DNA from: Pristiophorus japonicus
Taxonomy: Eukaryota
Direction: 5' to 3'
DNA: 64,000 nt
NCBI RefSeq assembly: GCF_044704955.1
Contig: NC_091999.1
Location: 29,574,001-29,638,000, forward strand
The translations under genes and the position numbers were made by a program. This document shows, piece after piece, positions 1-12,392 of this stretch. The notes under the pieces were generated by a model. It made no database searches, was not told where the DNA came from, and was given only the letters and a program-made list of their open reading frames with translations. Positions within the stretch are counted from its first letter, which is position 1. Every line of letters starts with the position of its first letter.

Positions 1-208
1 GTGACTCTGGCAGCAAATACACAGGAAATGTTGCAGATCTCCCCGAATCGTTGCCAATTCATTGTCCTTCCAATAACGTCGGTGTTAAAGCAACAGCGAG
101 AGGTTGATATCTCAAAAGTGATTTATCCCCCTTGAACGAGTTAAGGCTAAATATTGTGTCCTGATTCTGAAGATGCAGCTTTTTCTGACTTTCATTCCTG
201 TTTTGCAG

Positions 209-506
209 TGGATGTCCCATGCAGCGATTCAAAAATCTCAGTCACTGGCACAGGACTTACGGGAGGCGACGGTGACCTTAACCTGCGTCGTGTCTGACGC
301 TCCTTATGGGCTCACCGTGACCTGGACCAGAGAAAAGGAGGCTTTGAAATCAGAGATTACCGTCCAACCCGGTGAGGATCCCAACATAGTGATCAGCAAC
401 TTAAACATCTCGAAACAAGACTGGCTGAGTGGGGATAAGTTCTACTGCGTGGTGAGCCAGCAGGATATGCCGACTCCTATCAGAGATTCTATCCACAAGG
501 AAAAGT
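209..506 (+). pseudogene. IGHM: IgM heavy chain CH3 exon, cluster A (frameshifted near 5' end)
   Basis: Acceptor ttttgcag|209 and donor 506|gtgagc (phase 1). The body reads [37 protein letters not shown], typical of shark Cmu3. The phase-1 frame from the acceptor ([10 protein letters not shown]..) is shifted by an ~11-nt deletion relative to copy B and reaches TGA at 295-297. Confidence 0.9.
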
Positions 507-654
507 GTGAGCGTGGAGACTGTTGCAATAAGTCAGACACTTTGAATATTTCCGGTGCATGTTCAAGGGCCAATTCATTACATAAAGTGTTTAATGGGCT
601 ACTCTGATCATTCAGTTTGGTAATCCCACTCTTGGACCTGAGGTTATGTATTTT

Positions 655-805
655 AGGGGAAACTGGATAAGTCCATGAGCGATAAAGGAATAGAAGGGTA
701 TGTTATTAGGGTTAGATGAACTGAGTCAGGTTGAGGCTTGTATGGAGCATAAACACAGGCATAGACCGGTTGGCCAAATCGCCTTGATCTGTGCAGTAAA
801 TTCAA
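655..805 (+). mobile_element. Old CR1 LINE 3' fragment in the CH3-CH4 intron
   Basis: CR1-like 3' end (ctggataagtccatgag..ggagcataaacacaggcatagaccggttgg). A homologous stretch at ~63050-63160 shows it predates the cluster duplication. Confidence 0.6.
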
Positions 806-1402
806 GTCCAACCCTTCAAGATTTCAGAGAGAAAGATTATGTTCACTCTGCTGCGGGATGGTAAACCAGAGAGGCCCCAGAGGGGAAATAATAAAGGGTT
901 AAATGTCAACGAAGAGCATATTTCTCTGACGTGTAACTACGGGACATTGGCGAATTTAAACGGAGAAGGCGAGTTGGTGGTGGTGGTCTCACAGGCCACC
1001 CGGGAGAAGAGGAGGATTGGAATCCGAGTGAGGAGCTCTCGGATCGCGGGGGGTGGGTTAGGCAGGGACCCTGGATCCAGGAGGGAGGTGTAAGGGCAAT
1101 AACCACCTGGGTGCAGCAGTCCCCGCATCGCTGTAACTGCTGGGATTTACACAGTATGTCAAGCCGGACCAGCTACAGTTAAAAACCGAATAGAGGTTAA
1201 AATAGAGGATTCCAGCCTCCTATAAATATATTATTCAAATACAATATTGCAACCAGGAGTGGTCGGGTTGATATCGGGATTCCGATGTTTACCAATTTAA
1301 TCACCCTCACAACCTCAACACGCCTGCTTTATTAGATTAAAACTCCCACCATTTTCTCTGGAACTGTCCAGTTCATTGGCCTTTATTGTAACTGTTCTAC
1401 AG

Positions 1403-1785
1403 CGAAAGATCCATGGGAAGCAGCCGTGTCTGACCTCCTGCCCTCGGCAGAAGAAGTCTCTGCTCAGAGCTTGGTCATCCTCACCTGTTTAGTGAGAGGT
1501 TTCTCCCCCCGAGAGATCTTCGTCAAATGGACCGTCAAGGAGAAGCCGGTCAACTACAAGAACACTGAGGTGATGGCGGAGAATGGCAGCAGATCATTCT
1601 TTGTGTACAGCCTGCTATCCATTGCAGCCGACGAGTGGGCCAGCGGCGCCTCTTACTCCTGTGTGGTGGGACATGAAGCGATCTCCTTGAAGATCACCAA
1701 AAGAACCGTCAATAAATCCAGAGGTAAACCCAGTTTTGTGAATATTTCCCTTGTTCTGATGGACAACATCAATTCTTATCAATGA
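1403..1785 (+). CDS. IGHM: IgM heavy chain CH4 exon plus secretory tailpiece, cluster A (open frame; gene probably pseudogenised)
   Basis: Acceptor ttctacag|1403. Reads [69 protein letters not shown]. Internal membrane-form donor g|gtaaac at 1724. Confidence 0.92.
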
Positions 1786-1813
1786 GAATCTCTCGATTGC
1801 CTTTCAGTTCTTA

Positions 1814-1829
1814 AATAAAAAACAATAAA
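1814..1829 (+). promoter_or_regulatory. Secretory-form polyadenylation signals (2x AATAAA)
   Basis: AATAAA at 1814-1819 and 1824-1829, ~30 nt after the tail stop; the first is matched in copy B at 63800. Confidence 0.75.
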
Positions 1830-2204
1830 GGCCTTTTCTTCCAATCGTGAGTTACGCACACAGCCGCTCAATTAATATTGTTTCCTATTTTAGCCAAGCG
1901 GCGGGCTGTTAATCTGAAGCAGAATATTTGTCCGACTTGTGGCAAAGCTCGTACATTCAGCGCTCTCAGCTCATGTACAGGTTGGAGACAAAGAGAAGCT
2001 CTTTAATGACAGGATACCTCAAAGTCATTTCAGCAACTTTCGTCCCACTGGGAGAATCTGCATAGTTCTATTTCCCTATAAACAAATGCTGTACATTTAT
2101 ATCTCGGTGCCATTGTTTCTCGTGTTGTCCATCCCTTCAGATTTGGGGCCAGTTTTATTTGGCAGCATCGCACACTCTGGGATCTGAAATGAGGTCCACA
2201 CACG

Positions 2205-3220
2205 AACACGAACTGTATCTCCCATCGCCCCACCAGAGAGAGGTGAAATGGCAATTGTTATACCCCTGTACCTCCCACTACCCCACCAGAGAGGTGAAAG
2301 GGCAATTCTGAACCAACTGTACCTCCCACTGCACTACCAGAGAGAGATGAAAGGGCAATTATTCACCCACTGTAACGCCATTGCCGTACCAAAGATTGGT
2401 GAAATGGCAATTCTGAACCCACTGTACTTCCCACTGCCCCACCAGAGTGAGGGGAAACGGCAATTGTTAATCCACTGTAACCTCACTCCGTCTCTGCAAG
2501 ATTCTACAAGTTCCCTGGCAGGACAGACGCACCAACATTAGCGTCCTTGTCCAGGCCAACATCCCAGCACCGAAGCACTGACCACACTTGATCAGCTGCT
2601 CTGGGCAGGCCACATTGTCTGCACACCAGACACTAGACTCCCAAAGCAAGCGCTCTACTCGGAACTCGTCCATGGCAAATGAGCCAAACGTGGGCAGGGG
2701 AAACGTTACAAGCGACCTCAAAGCCTCCCTGATAAAGTGCGACATACCCACTGACACTTGAGAGTCCCTGGCCAAAGACCGCCCTAAATGGAGGAAGTAC
2801 ATCCGGGAGGGCGCTGTGCCCCTCGTCTCTCGTTGCCAAGAGCATTCAGACATCAAGCGCAGGCAGTGGAAGGAACGTGCGGGAAACCTGTAAAATCTTC
2901 CCCTTCCCGCAACCACGGTCTTTCCCACCTGTGACAGAGACTGTGGTTCCCTATTGGACTGAACAGCCACCTAAGAAATCATGCTAAGAGTGGAAGTAGT
3001 CTTCCTTGATTGCGAGGGACTGCCTATGATGATGTAAACCCTCTTCCCCACTCAGAGAGAGAGGGGAAAGGGCAATTGTTAACTTACTGTCCCGCCCACT
3101 AGCCCAGCATAGTGAGGGGAATCTGCAATTGTTAACCCAATGTATCCGACTTCCGCACAAGCGAGAGGGCAAAGGGCAATTGTTAACTCATTGTACCCCT
3201 CAATGCCACCAGAGAGAGAT
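2205..3220. repeat. ~54-bp minisatellite array interrupted by an RTE fragment
   Basis: Repeated ggcaattgttaacccactgtacctcccactgccccaccagagagaggtgaaa units at ~2205-2487 and ~3035-3220. Confidence 0.85.
2488..3034 (+). mobile_element. RTE LINE 3' fragment
   Basis: Reads LCKILQVPWQDRRTNISVL..WAGHIV..DTRLPKQALYSEL..GKRYK (RTE C-terminus) and ends gggactgcctatgatgatg. Confidence 0.85.
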
Positions 3221-3339
3221 GCTCATCGATTGAGTTGTTGTATTCCGTCGGCTGATGTGACATTGTGTCTCACACTGAACACATTTACACAGAGCGAGGA
3301 AGAATGCGTGTAAACGTTAGTAGTGTATGTTTTTGTAGA

Positions 3340-3535
3340 AGTTCACACTTACACATAAACACAACACGGACTTACACATAAACACACAGCGACTTACACA
3401 TAAACACACACATTGACACACTGACACAAGATATTACGCATACCCAGAATATAATACACACTGTCATTGTCAGAACCACAGCACCATTAACATGACAGCA
3501 AAAATAAACACACCCTTAAATAAAACAGAAGCACG

Positions 3536-3573
<38 letters not shown>

Positions 3574-3990
3574 CACACACACTTAAACTCGCATAAACAC
3601 ATATTCAACACAAACTAACTAACGCATAACACACACACACATTTACATGCGAACATACACAGTTACACATAAATGCACACATTCTTACCCATAAACATAC
3701 ACAACACTTACACATATCCATACACAAACACATTAAAACACATACATGAACGTACTTACAAAGAACACACATATTTAAGCATAACCACAAAAAATTGCAT
3801 ATATACACACAAAGGCTTACATGTAAACATACACAAACTTACAAAAAATCACAAACACTTACACATAAAAAAAAATATATGGAATGACACGTTAAAACAT
3901 TCAAACTTACATATCAATACACATCAACACACAAACACAGACAACACCAAAAGAAGAGATCGTCATACACACATACACAAACACTAAAGT
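3340..3990. repeat. (CA)n / ACAT-rich degenerate microsatellite
   Basis: Pure (AC)n at ~3537-3582 within ~650 bp of AC-rich low-complexity sequence. Confidence 0.9.
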
Positions 3991-4625
3991 GCAAAAAATA
4001 CGTCAGGTAACAGACGAACATAGAATTAAAATAAATTCTTTGAACAGACAGTCTGCAACGATTGTATTAAATAAATCATGTCTGATAACATAATATCTTA
4101 CATTCCTATATTCTGGTCCTGCACACAAACTGAATCAAAGTTCTTAGTTGGAAACTCATGCAAATTAATTATGTTCAGAACCTTGACTACCACAAATTAA
4201 TCCAGATTATAACTCACATCTGATGTCTTACCCTGTCCCTTTGACAGCCTCCGAATAATTAGCTATCTGAAGCTATTGTTAAATTAATCGATATCATTCA
4301 GTATAGGTCCCTCGATATTACATCATACTATTCCCGAATGGTAAATCCTATGGAATTGATGCAAAATCAATTAGCCTATAACATTGAAGGAAAACTGTCA
4401 TATTTTCCAAAATCTACTATAGAAGGATCATAAAGAAGGAACGACTGTGGAATTAGGAACACAGATAGATTAGTGAGCGTGATTAACTTAACACAGGGCG
4501 TACATTGAACATTAAAATAGAGAACAAACTAACACCTTAAAAAAAGAAAATAGAATACGTAATAATAAGATGAGATCTTGGATTAACAAACGATCTGAAT
4601 ATATTTCCTTCCCTACATCCCGTAG

Positions 4626-4753
4626 ATTCCTCAGACCACATCTGGAGTGAAGAGTGTGAGGACGAGAGCAGCAACATCTGGACAACCGCTTCTACATTCA
4701 TCATCTTGTTCTTCCTGAGCATTTCTTACAGCGCTGCCATCACTCTGATGAAG
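4626..4753 (+). CDS. IGHM: IgM transmembrane exon TM1, cluster A
   Basis: Acceptor ccgtag|4626 and donor aag|gtgaga. Reads (D)SSDHIWSEECEDESSNIWTTASTFIILFFLSISYSAAITLMK with the Ig TM (CART) motif, in phase with the CH4 donor at 1724. Missed by the ORF track. Confidence 0.93.
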
Positions 4754-4890
4754 GTGAGAAGATTCAATGCACTCAGTTCGAGTTGATTGAAGAGTTTGAC
4801 AAATCTCTAAATGTTTCATTGATAACAACCCTGAAATTAATGCGCCAAATCATTAAAACGCTGCTTCAAACTTTTATCCCTCTTTTACAG

Positions 4891-4899
4891 GTCAAGTGA
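4891..4899 (+). CDS. IGHM: IgM transmembrane exon TM2 (VK-stop), cluster A
   Basis: tcttttacag|gtc aag tga gives the canonical KVK cytoplasmic tail; AATAAA at 4963-4968. Confidence 0.92.
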   Translation, partial: VK

Positions 4900-5488
4900 T
4901 TGACTGAATTTCGGCCGCCGTGGATTTTTCTCCTCTGGTTGTTCACATCACTGTGTCCTGAAAATAAATTATGTCCTCTTGGTGATTCCCGGAGTCAATT
5001 GCCTTCAATTTTTTCATTTCTCTGTTTGAAATGTGTGAGATAACCGTGGCTATAATGTAAATGTATCTCGGAGTTAAACAATTGTTTGAATATCTCATGT
5101 GTACATAAGTCACTTTTATCATTCATGATTCACAATTATTCCCTTCTCTTGGTGTTGAACATCTGTTTCTCTCTCCCTGATGTCTGTTAGAGTTGTACAG
5201 ATAGCTGGCAGCTCAGACCGACTGTGTTCTGGTATTAATGTGACGCTCATTTGTTATATTCAATTTGTGTGAACTTTTGAAAACCTTCATGTAAATTGTT
5301 CTCTGTGAAATTGTTAATAAAACTGCAATGGCAAATGGAATAAATTGCACTTTGCTGAACTCCTTACTCCAAGGCTCCTTCACATGTTCTATTTCCCTAT
5401 CACATGTTGTTTTATTTCCATGAAATTTATTCTTCCCGCGTCCTATCCTGTTTGTGTTTGAATCCAAGTCCCTTCGGTTAAGGAGCCA

Positions 5489-5507
5489 CTGCGCCACCTA
5501 GTGTCCC
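5489..5507 (-). promoter_or_regulatory. Putative CTCF-binding site 3' of IgM cluster A
   Basis: ctGCGCCACCTAGTGtcc closely matches the reverse CTCF core (GCGCCMCCTAGTGG); motif evidence only. Confidence 0.5.
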
Positions 5508-5669
5508 ATCAGAGTGAAGGCACATTTTCCCCTGTCTTGTTGCATCATGCACCAGAGGCCAAATGACTGCACAGCGACCAGGCGGTCTCCTCTAATATTA
5601 TTGTCTTTCACGTGCCAGGTTATATTAAAGAGCAGGCCTCTGATGCACCAAAGTCCGATACAGTATAGT

Positions 5670-5985
5670 ATGCGTCAGAGCAAATCTCCCTCTACTGTCC
5701 TAACAAACACTCTCAGGGCAGGTACAACACGGGTTAGATACAGAGTAAAGCTCCCTCTGCACTGTCCCATCAAAACTCCCAGGGCAGGTACAGTACGGGT
5801 TAGATACAGAGAACAGCTCCATTTACACTTGCACTCCACACCCTCCCAGGGCAGGTACAGTACGGGTTTAATATAGAATAAATCTCCCTCTATACCGTCC
5901 CATCAAACACACCCAGGGCAGGAGCAGCACGGGTTAAATACAGATTAAAGCTCACTCGATACTGTCCCATCAAACACTTCCAGAC
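5670..5985. repeat. ~65-bp tandem repeat (~5 units)
   Basis: Units of cagggcaggtacagcacgggttagatacagagtaaagctccctctacactgtcccatcaaacactcc. Confidence 0.9.
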
Positions 5986-6412
5986 ACACTAGGGAGCACA
6001 AACTCTTGGAATGATTCCCAAAGACTGGGGCCTAACTGACACACAGACAGGCGCTCCAATGTTTCTGTTATATACATACAGAAAGCCAAGAAAGAGACGA
6101 CAGGTGGAGAGACTGTTTTTGACAGAGAGGAGATGAGGGTTCACGCGGCATCTGCAGGTACATTTGGAGCTTTGTGCCCGTTGGGCACCTACATACAGAA
6201 TGTGTGATGCACGGGCAATATCAATTTCTGATGTAAAATCATTGTCGTTTTGTTCTGCCCAAATATACGATTGACATCCTCCTCTCTGGGAGGGCATTCG
6301 TATAATGTAAGTTTTGTTTTCGATTCAACTCTTTAAAGGTGACCTGAATGCATATGGTCCACACAGACAGAAATGAGTACGGTGATCACTGCCAGCCGTT
6401 CTCCTTTATGAG

Positions 6413-7230
6413 GAACATACATAAAAACATAAGAATATAAGAAATTGGAACAGGAGTAGGCCATACTGCATCTCGAGCCTGCTCCGCCATTCAATAATAT
6501 CATGGCTGATATGATAATGTCCTGAGCTCCACTTCCCTGCATGCTCCCCATAGCCCCTTATCGTTTAAAAAACTGTCTATTTCTATCATATGGTTATTCA
6601 ATGTCCCAGCTTCCACGGCTCTCTGAGGCAGCGAAGTCCACAGATTTACAACCCTCTTAGAGAGGAAATTTCTCCTCATCTCTTTTTTAATTGGGCGGCC
6701 CCATATTTTAAGATCATGCCCTCTAATTCTAATCTCCCCCATCAGTGCAAACATCCTCTCTGCATCCACCTTGTCAAGCCCCCTCATAATCTGATACATT
6801 TCGATAAGATCACATCTCATTGATCTGAATTCCAATGAGTCGAGGCCCAAACTACTCAACCTTTCCTCATAAGTCAACCCCCTCATCTCCGGAATCATCC
6901 GAGTGAACCTTCTCTGAACTGCCTCCAAAGCAAGTATATCCTTTCATAAATATGTAAACCAAAACCGCACACAGTTCCAGCTGTGGCCTCCCCAATATCC
7001 TGTATAACTGTAGCAAGACTTCCCTGCTTTTATACTCCATCCCCTTCACAATAATGGCCAAGATACCAATGGCCTTCCTGATCACTCGCTGTACCTGCAT
7101 ATCATCCTTTTGTGTTTCATACACAAGTACCCCCAGGTCCCGCTGAACTGTGGCACTTTGCAATCTTTTTCCATTTAAATAATAACTGGCTCTTTGATTT
7201 TTTTCTGCCAAAGTGCATGATCTCACATTA
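6413..7230 (-). mobile_element. CR1 LINE 3' fragment
   Basis: Minus-strand ORFs QRDLGVLV..EYKSREVLLQLY and EAVQRRFTRMIP..RVVNLW; octamer-repeat tail near 6413. Confidence 0.92.
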
Positions 7231-7249
7231 AACACAACCCGCTGTCACC

Positions 7250-7545
7250 TCTTCCCCGCACTGCCTTTCTGTCTGCTCTGCACTGTTCCCTCTGATACCA
7301 TCTCGCTTAACTCACTGAACATCAACCACGGATTTGTTCTCACTGCTCTGCTCCATTCCTTCTGATACCATCTCCCTGAACTCACTGAACATCTTCCTAG
7401 GGATCCTGCCTCCCTGCTCTGCTTAATTCCCTTTGATACCATCTCGCTGAACTCACTGAACATCACCCTGGAGATCCTGTCTTCCTGCTCTGCGCCATTC
7501 CTTCTGATACTATCAACGTGAAATCAGTGAACAAATGCTACGGAT
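7250..7545. repeat. ~65-bp minisatellite (4-5 units)
   Basis: Repeated ctgctctgc..ttccttctgataccatctcgctgaactcactgaacatc. Confidence 0.85.
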
Positions 7546-8989
7546 ACGGCAGTAACCTTCGAAGAAACAGCCAATCACTGTGCTATGATGTATGCGAGGG
7601 ATTATGGCGTCATCCACGGAATCCAGGTACGCAACTCAGTTGAAGTTAGTACCAGGGACACATATATTTCCTGATGTTTGATTTCTGATTTAAGCAAATT
7701 GGAAAAGGAGCCTGAGGTGAAAAGGGCCGAATTTATTGATGCAGTTATGATCAGGAATATACTACGTGAAAGAGTGGGGAAAAGAATTAATATTAACTTT
7801 CAAAAGGGAATTAGTTAAATAACTAAAGGGAGAAAATTGCAGTGCTTTAGGAAAAGAGTAGGACTAATACGATAGCTCTTTCAAAGTGCCAGCACAGGCT
7901 TAATATTCTGATTCTAGATTCGAGGCGATGCCAGCGAATGTTGTCATTCTGTTCTCACAATTAACTTTAGCTGCAACCAGTTGGCTTCTGCTTCGTGCAT
8001 GTCGCTAAGATACTCAACCTGCCCAATTGATTGGCTCTGCAGGACATTGCCACGAGTATCAAGAAATCAGTTTATTGTGAGCCCTTCATACAGGAGACTC
8101 TCCTTTGGGTCCATCTCAGTGTGTGTCGGCTCACAGGAACCAATGTGGCAGGATCTGCCCGCCGTTATATACGACTTCAGCAGTCGGAGCCAAGATCTAC
8201 AAAGTGGCGGGAGGTTCTGTATGAGGGTTGAACTGAGTTCCATCACTGTGAGTGCCAGGGCACGTTAATAAACTGCAGGTCCAGTCATCTGCAGCCCAGA
8301 GATGGTTAAACCGGTAAACTTAGTCACAATTTAGAGATCTGCAGAGAAACGTATCTGGCAAAATATATTACCTTCATAATAGCCGATGTATTTCACCAGA
8401 ATAATCTCGATCGCAGGTAGGTTGTGGTAAGTGTTCCCTGTGCTGGTTTAAATTGTGCTAATTAAGAAGGACATTAAATGATGATCTAAATAAGCTTTAC
8501 AGGTAAAATCCAATGGAGTTCGGTAATGCAGCCTCAATATGAGATGACGGTATATGAAGGAGAAAAAACCTGAAATAAATGCACTTACAACACCAGTTCC
8601 GAAGATCCAGATCGTTACTGGTACGCCTGCACCCGATCCCGACAACGCAGTTTACCTTATACCGCAATAACACCAGAGAAATTGGTGCCGATTTTGCAAG
8701 AGGAAAATTCGGTGCTCGTCATTTAAATGTATATTAATTTTTCCTTTGTCAATTCAGAAAATGAATACAGCGCCGTTTATTTCTGTTGACGGAGAATCAC
8801 GGTGCTTCAAACTGCTCGACTATGTAAAAAATTCTAGGGAAGCCACAGACCAAACCAAGAAGATATCTGTCATCGAGCGATTCAATAAAGCAATATCTGT
8901 AATTGAGGGAACTTTTAAAACAACATGTTTAATTTCTTTTCATATCAGGGATGTGGGGATTTTGTGGAGGGACTGGAGAAGCTGGCATT

Positions 8990-9390
8990 GATCTCATTAA
9001 AACAGAGAAAGTTAAGAAGAGATTTAATAGAGTTGTTCAAAATTATGAAGAGTTTTGCGAGATTAAATTAGGGAAACTCTTTCCACGAGCAGAAGGGTCG
9101 GTAACCAAAGGACAAAGATTTAAGGTAATTGTGAAAGGAACCACAGATGACACGAGGAAACATTATTTTACCCAGCGAGTTGCTTTGATCCGCAATGCAG
9201 AGCCTGAAAGGGTGGAGGAAGCAGAGTCAGTAGCAACGTTATAAATCGAATTGTGTAAACACTTGAACGAATAAACGAACAGTTTTATGGCGGAATGCAA
9301 AGGTGTGGGACTAATTGAACAGCTCTTGCAAAGAGGAGGCACAGGCACAAAGGTCGTAACGGCGTCCTTAGGTGTTGTATCATTCTACGT
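8990..9390 (+). mobile_element. CR1 LINE 3' fragment
   Basis: KLFPRAEGSVTKGQRFKV..YFTQRV motif followed by a CR1-like 3' UTR. Confidence 0.8.
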
Positions 9391-10472
9391 ACGGGACCGT
9401 TGTCCCACAGCAATGCTCCAATTCCCGTTGAATCATGCTGCAAGTCTCTTTACTGCAACTCATTAGAAGAAGCGTATTCGTGTCGACCAAAACACAGCGG
9501 GGTTAATGGAAGGAGTAGATTGGAGAAGGTTCTTTCACAGAGCGAGCACAGACACGATTGGTCAGACGGCCTCCTTCAATGCTGTATTATTGTGTGATTC
9601 TATAAGTCAAGCACCATCCGGAATTTTAATTTATCGTTGTTACTTTATTGTCCATGGGTTGAAATACTGGAACTTCCTACGTGACATCACATTCACCACA
9701 TGGACTGCAGCGGTGCAAGGAGAAAGCCCACCAACACTTTTTCAAGGGCAGCCAGTAATGCACAATAAATTCCGGCCTTGCCATCTACGCCCATATCTTG
9801 AGAATAAATACAAACATCTAAGAGAAACAGCGAGTATAGAAGGACAATTACAAAGTAAAACATTTCTTGATTTCTGTCATTTTTCCTTTCCTTTACTATT
9901 ATCTTATTTTTTTCTCTTACGCTTCTTGTTCTTTCTCCATTTCAATCTTTCTCTCCTCTCTCACACTTTCCCTTGTTCACTCTATTTACTGATTCCAATT
10001 TCTTCTTTTGCAATGTTCATAACGTTGAATGGTTAAATTGCATCCCCGAATATTTCTTATTTTGAACAAGTGGGGTGCAGTTGGGAGGGAGGCTTGAATT
10101 ACCATTGAGAAATACTACCCAGAGAAATGCTCCTCCAAAATCTGTATATCTCCTCCTTCATTGTTACTGAGTGGTATTCTGAGTGATGCGCCAAATTCAC
10201 ATGAGAGGGAGTAGAGTAAGTACATCGTGGCGATTTGTCAATCCTATTCAAACGCTGTTACCCAATTAAAGAATTTGGTGCCTTTTACCAGGAAAAGAAT
10301 TGCATGCAATGCTTCTTTACTTTCTGTTATACCTCCCTGCCAAACAGTTGCTCACTTTACTGAGTATAGCAGCTTGCAATGGGAAATAGAATTTAAATTT
10401 TAAGGTGTTGTTGGTGACGTTGTAATAGCGCCCATATCATACCATCATATCATTATGTTGTGGCTGGTGCAG

Positions 10473-11785
10473 GATCATAGAATCATAGATTGGGTTACAG
10501 CATAAATGGACACATTTCGGCCTGTGGAGCCCCTGTCCGCACTCTGCAAGAGCACCTCAGCTATTCCCACACCCTACCTTTTCCTCATAGCCCTGCATTT
10601 TTCCCCTTTAGGTAGCTATCCAACATCCTTTTGAAAACTACGATTGAACTTGCCACCACCATCCTTTCAGGCAGTGCTTTCCAGATCATAACCACTCGCT
10701 GCATAAAAAAGTTATTCCTCAAGTCGCCTTTGGTTCTTTTGCCAGTCCACTTAAATCTGTGTCCTCTTGTTCTCGAACCTTCCGCCAATGGGAAGAGTTT
10801 CGCCCTGTCTTTTCTGTCCCGAACCCTCATGATTTTGAACACCTCTATCAAATGTCCTCTCGAGGTTCACTGCACCAGAGAACAACTCCAGCTTCTCCAG
10901 TCTATGTACGTAAATGAAATCCCTCATCCCTGTAACCATTGTTCTAATTTTTCTGCACTCTCTCGAAGGCCTTCACATCCTTCCTAAAGTGTGGTGCACA
11001 GCATTGGATACAAAATCCAGTTGAGCACGAACCAGTGTTTTATAGAGGATTATCTTAACTTCCATGCTTTGGTACGCTATGCCTCTATTTATGAAGCCCA
11101 GGATGGCGATTATTGTTTTAACTGCTTTCTCAACCTGCCACTCTCAACGATTTGTGAACGTGTATCCCAGGTCTCTCTGTTCATGCACGCCCTTTAGGAT
11201 TGTACCCTTTAATTTATACTGCTTCTCCTTGTTCTTCCTACCAAAATGTTACACTTCACACTTTTCTGCATTGGATTTCATCTGCCACTGGTCCGCCCAT
11301 TCCGCCAGCCTGCGGTGCCCTTTTGAAGTCTATCACTGTCCGCGTCAATGTTCACTATACTTCTAAGTTTTGTGTCGTCTGTAAATTTTGCAATTGAGAC
11401 AAGTACACCCAAGTCCAATTCATTAATATATATCAAGAAAAGCAACGTTCCTGATAAAGACTCCTGGGTAACACAGATACCAGTCAGAAACACATTCCAT
11501 TCATCACTAATCACTCTTTCCTGTCATTCAGCTAATTTGGTACCCATGCTGCAACTTTCCCTCTTACTCTATGGGCTTCTACTTTGCAGGCAAACGTATT
11601 AGCTGGCACTTCGACTTTTTGGAAGTTCATGTATACCACATCAACCGCATTGCCCTCAACTACTCTCTCTGTTACCAACGTAAAAAAACTCAATCAAGTT
11701 ATTTAAACACAATTTACCTTTAACAACTGCATACTGGCGTCCTTTAATTAATCCATACTTGTCCAAGTGACTGTAAATTTTGTCT
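10473..11785 (-). mobile_element. CR1 LINE fragment (RT to 3' end)
   Basis: LFLIYINELD..KFTDDTKL and KLFPLAEGSRTRGHRFK..FFMQRVV; atcatagaatcataga tail. Confidence 0.9.
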
Positions 11786-11929
11786 CCATTTTTCGCAGGA
11801 TCACAGAGACTGCTGCCATGATCCACCACTCGCAATAGTCCTGAGAGTTATGGATCAAGGATATTCAGAGCGGTCTCTACAGGATAACAACTGGTTGTCA
11901 CATAGTCGCATAATCCTGACTCTAAGAAG

Positions 11930-12042
11930 GAAAGAAAGAAAGTACTGGATTTATATCGCACCTTTTACAACGAGTGGATGTCTCAAAGCGCTTTACAGCC
12001 AGTGAAATACTTTTTGAAAGTATAGTCACTGTTGTAATGCAG
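11930..12042 (-). mobile_element. SacSINE1/DeuSINE-like 3' fragment
   Basis: Reverse complement resembles the 3' end of the SINE at 40697-41125 (ttcaaaaagta..taaagcgctttgaga). Confidence 0.6.
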
Positions 12043-12392
12043 TGAGCCGATGGTGATTCATGAGAGCACGATAGAATGGAAAAGTATCTGTTAGCATTGG
12101 TTTGATAATACTACTCTGAGGAAACAAACCGCCGGCAGTACTGAAATAAGGCCCTCTGATTAAAATATAATCTTAATTACACGCAAATCAGTTGTACGAT
12201 TTCTCACACATGGATGTCAAGATGTACGATATCGCGCATGTGGATGTCGAGATATTCAATTTCTCAGACTTGCATGTCGAGATGGACCATGTTATTGGGG
12301 CTGATGGAGCTGGACAAAGCTGGTTCAGAACTGACAGGACAGGATGGCCCACTGGGTGTGATGTAATGCAGAATTAACACGAAAATACATTT

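Noticed and set aside
173-607. ORF-track start and stop for the Ig ORFs as real protein ends
   Set aside because: They run through intron sequence; the true limits are the splice sites.
3605-3987. His/Thr-rich and Cys/Val-rich ORFs
   Set aside because: Translations of a CA microsatellite.
4158-4165. Octamer ATGCAAAT in the CH4-TM intron as an Ig enhancer
   Set aside because: Single motif; others at ~25503 and ~35143 show it occurs at chance frequency in this AT-rich window.
5670-5985. Regularly spaced repeats resembling a CRISPR array
   Set aside because: The whole ~65-bp unit repeats with no unique spacers; vertebrate context and no cas genes.
7971-8426. Exon-like non-repeat segment with ORFs 7981-8268 and 8031-8231
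   Set aside because: No recognisable protein motif in any frame, and stops in all frames.
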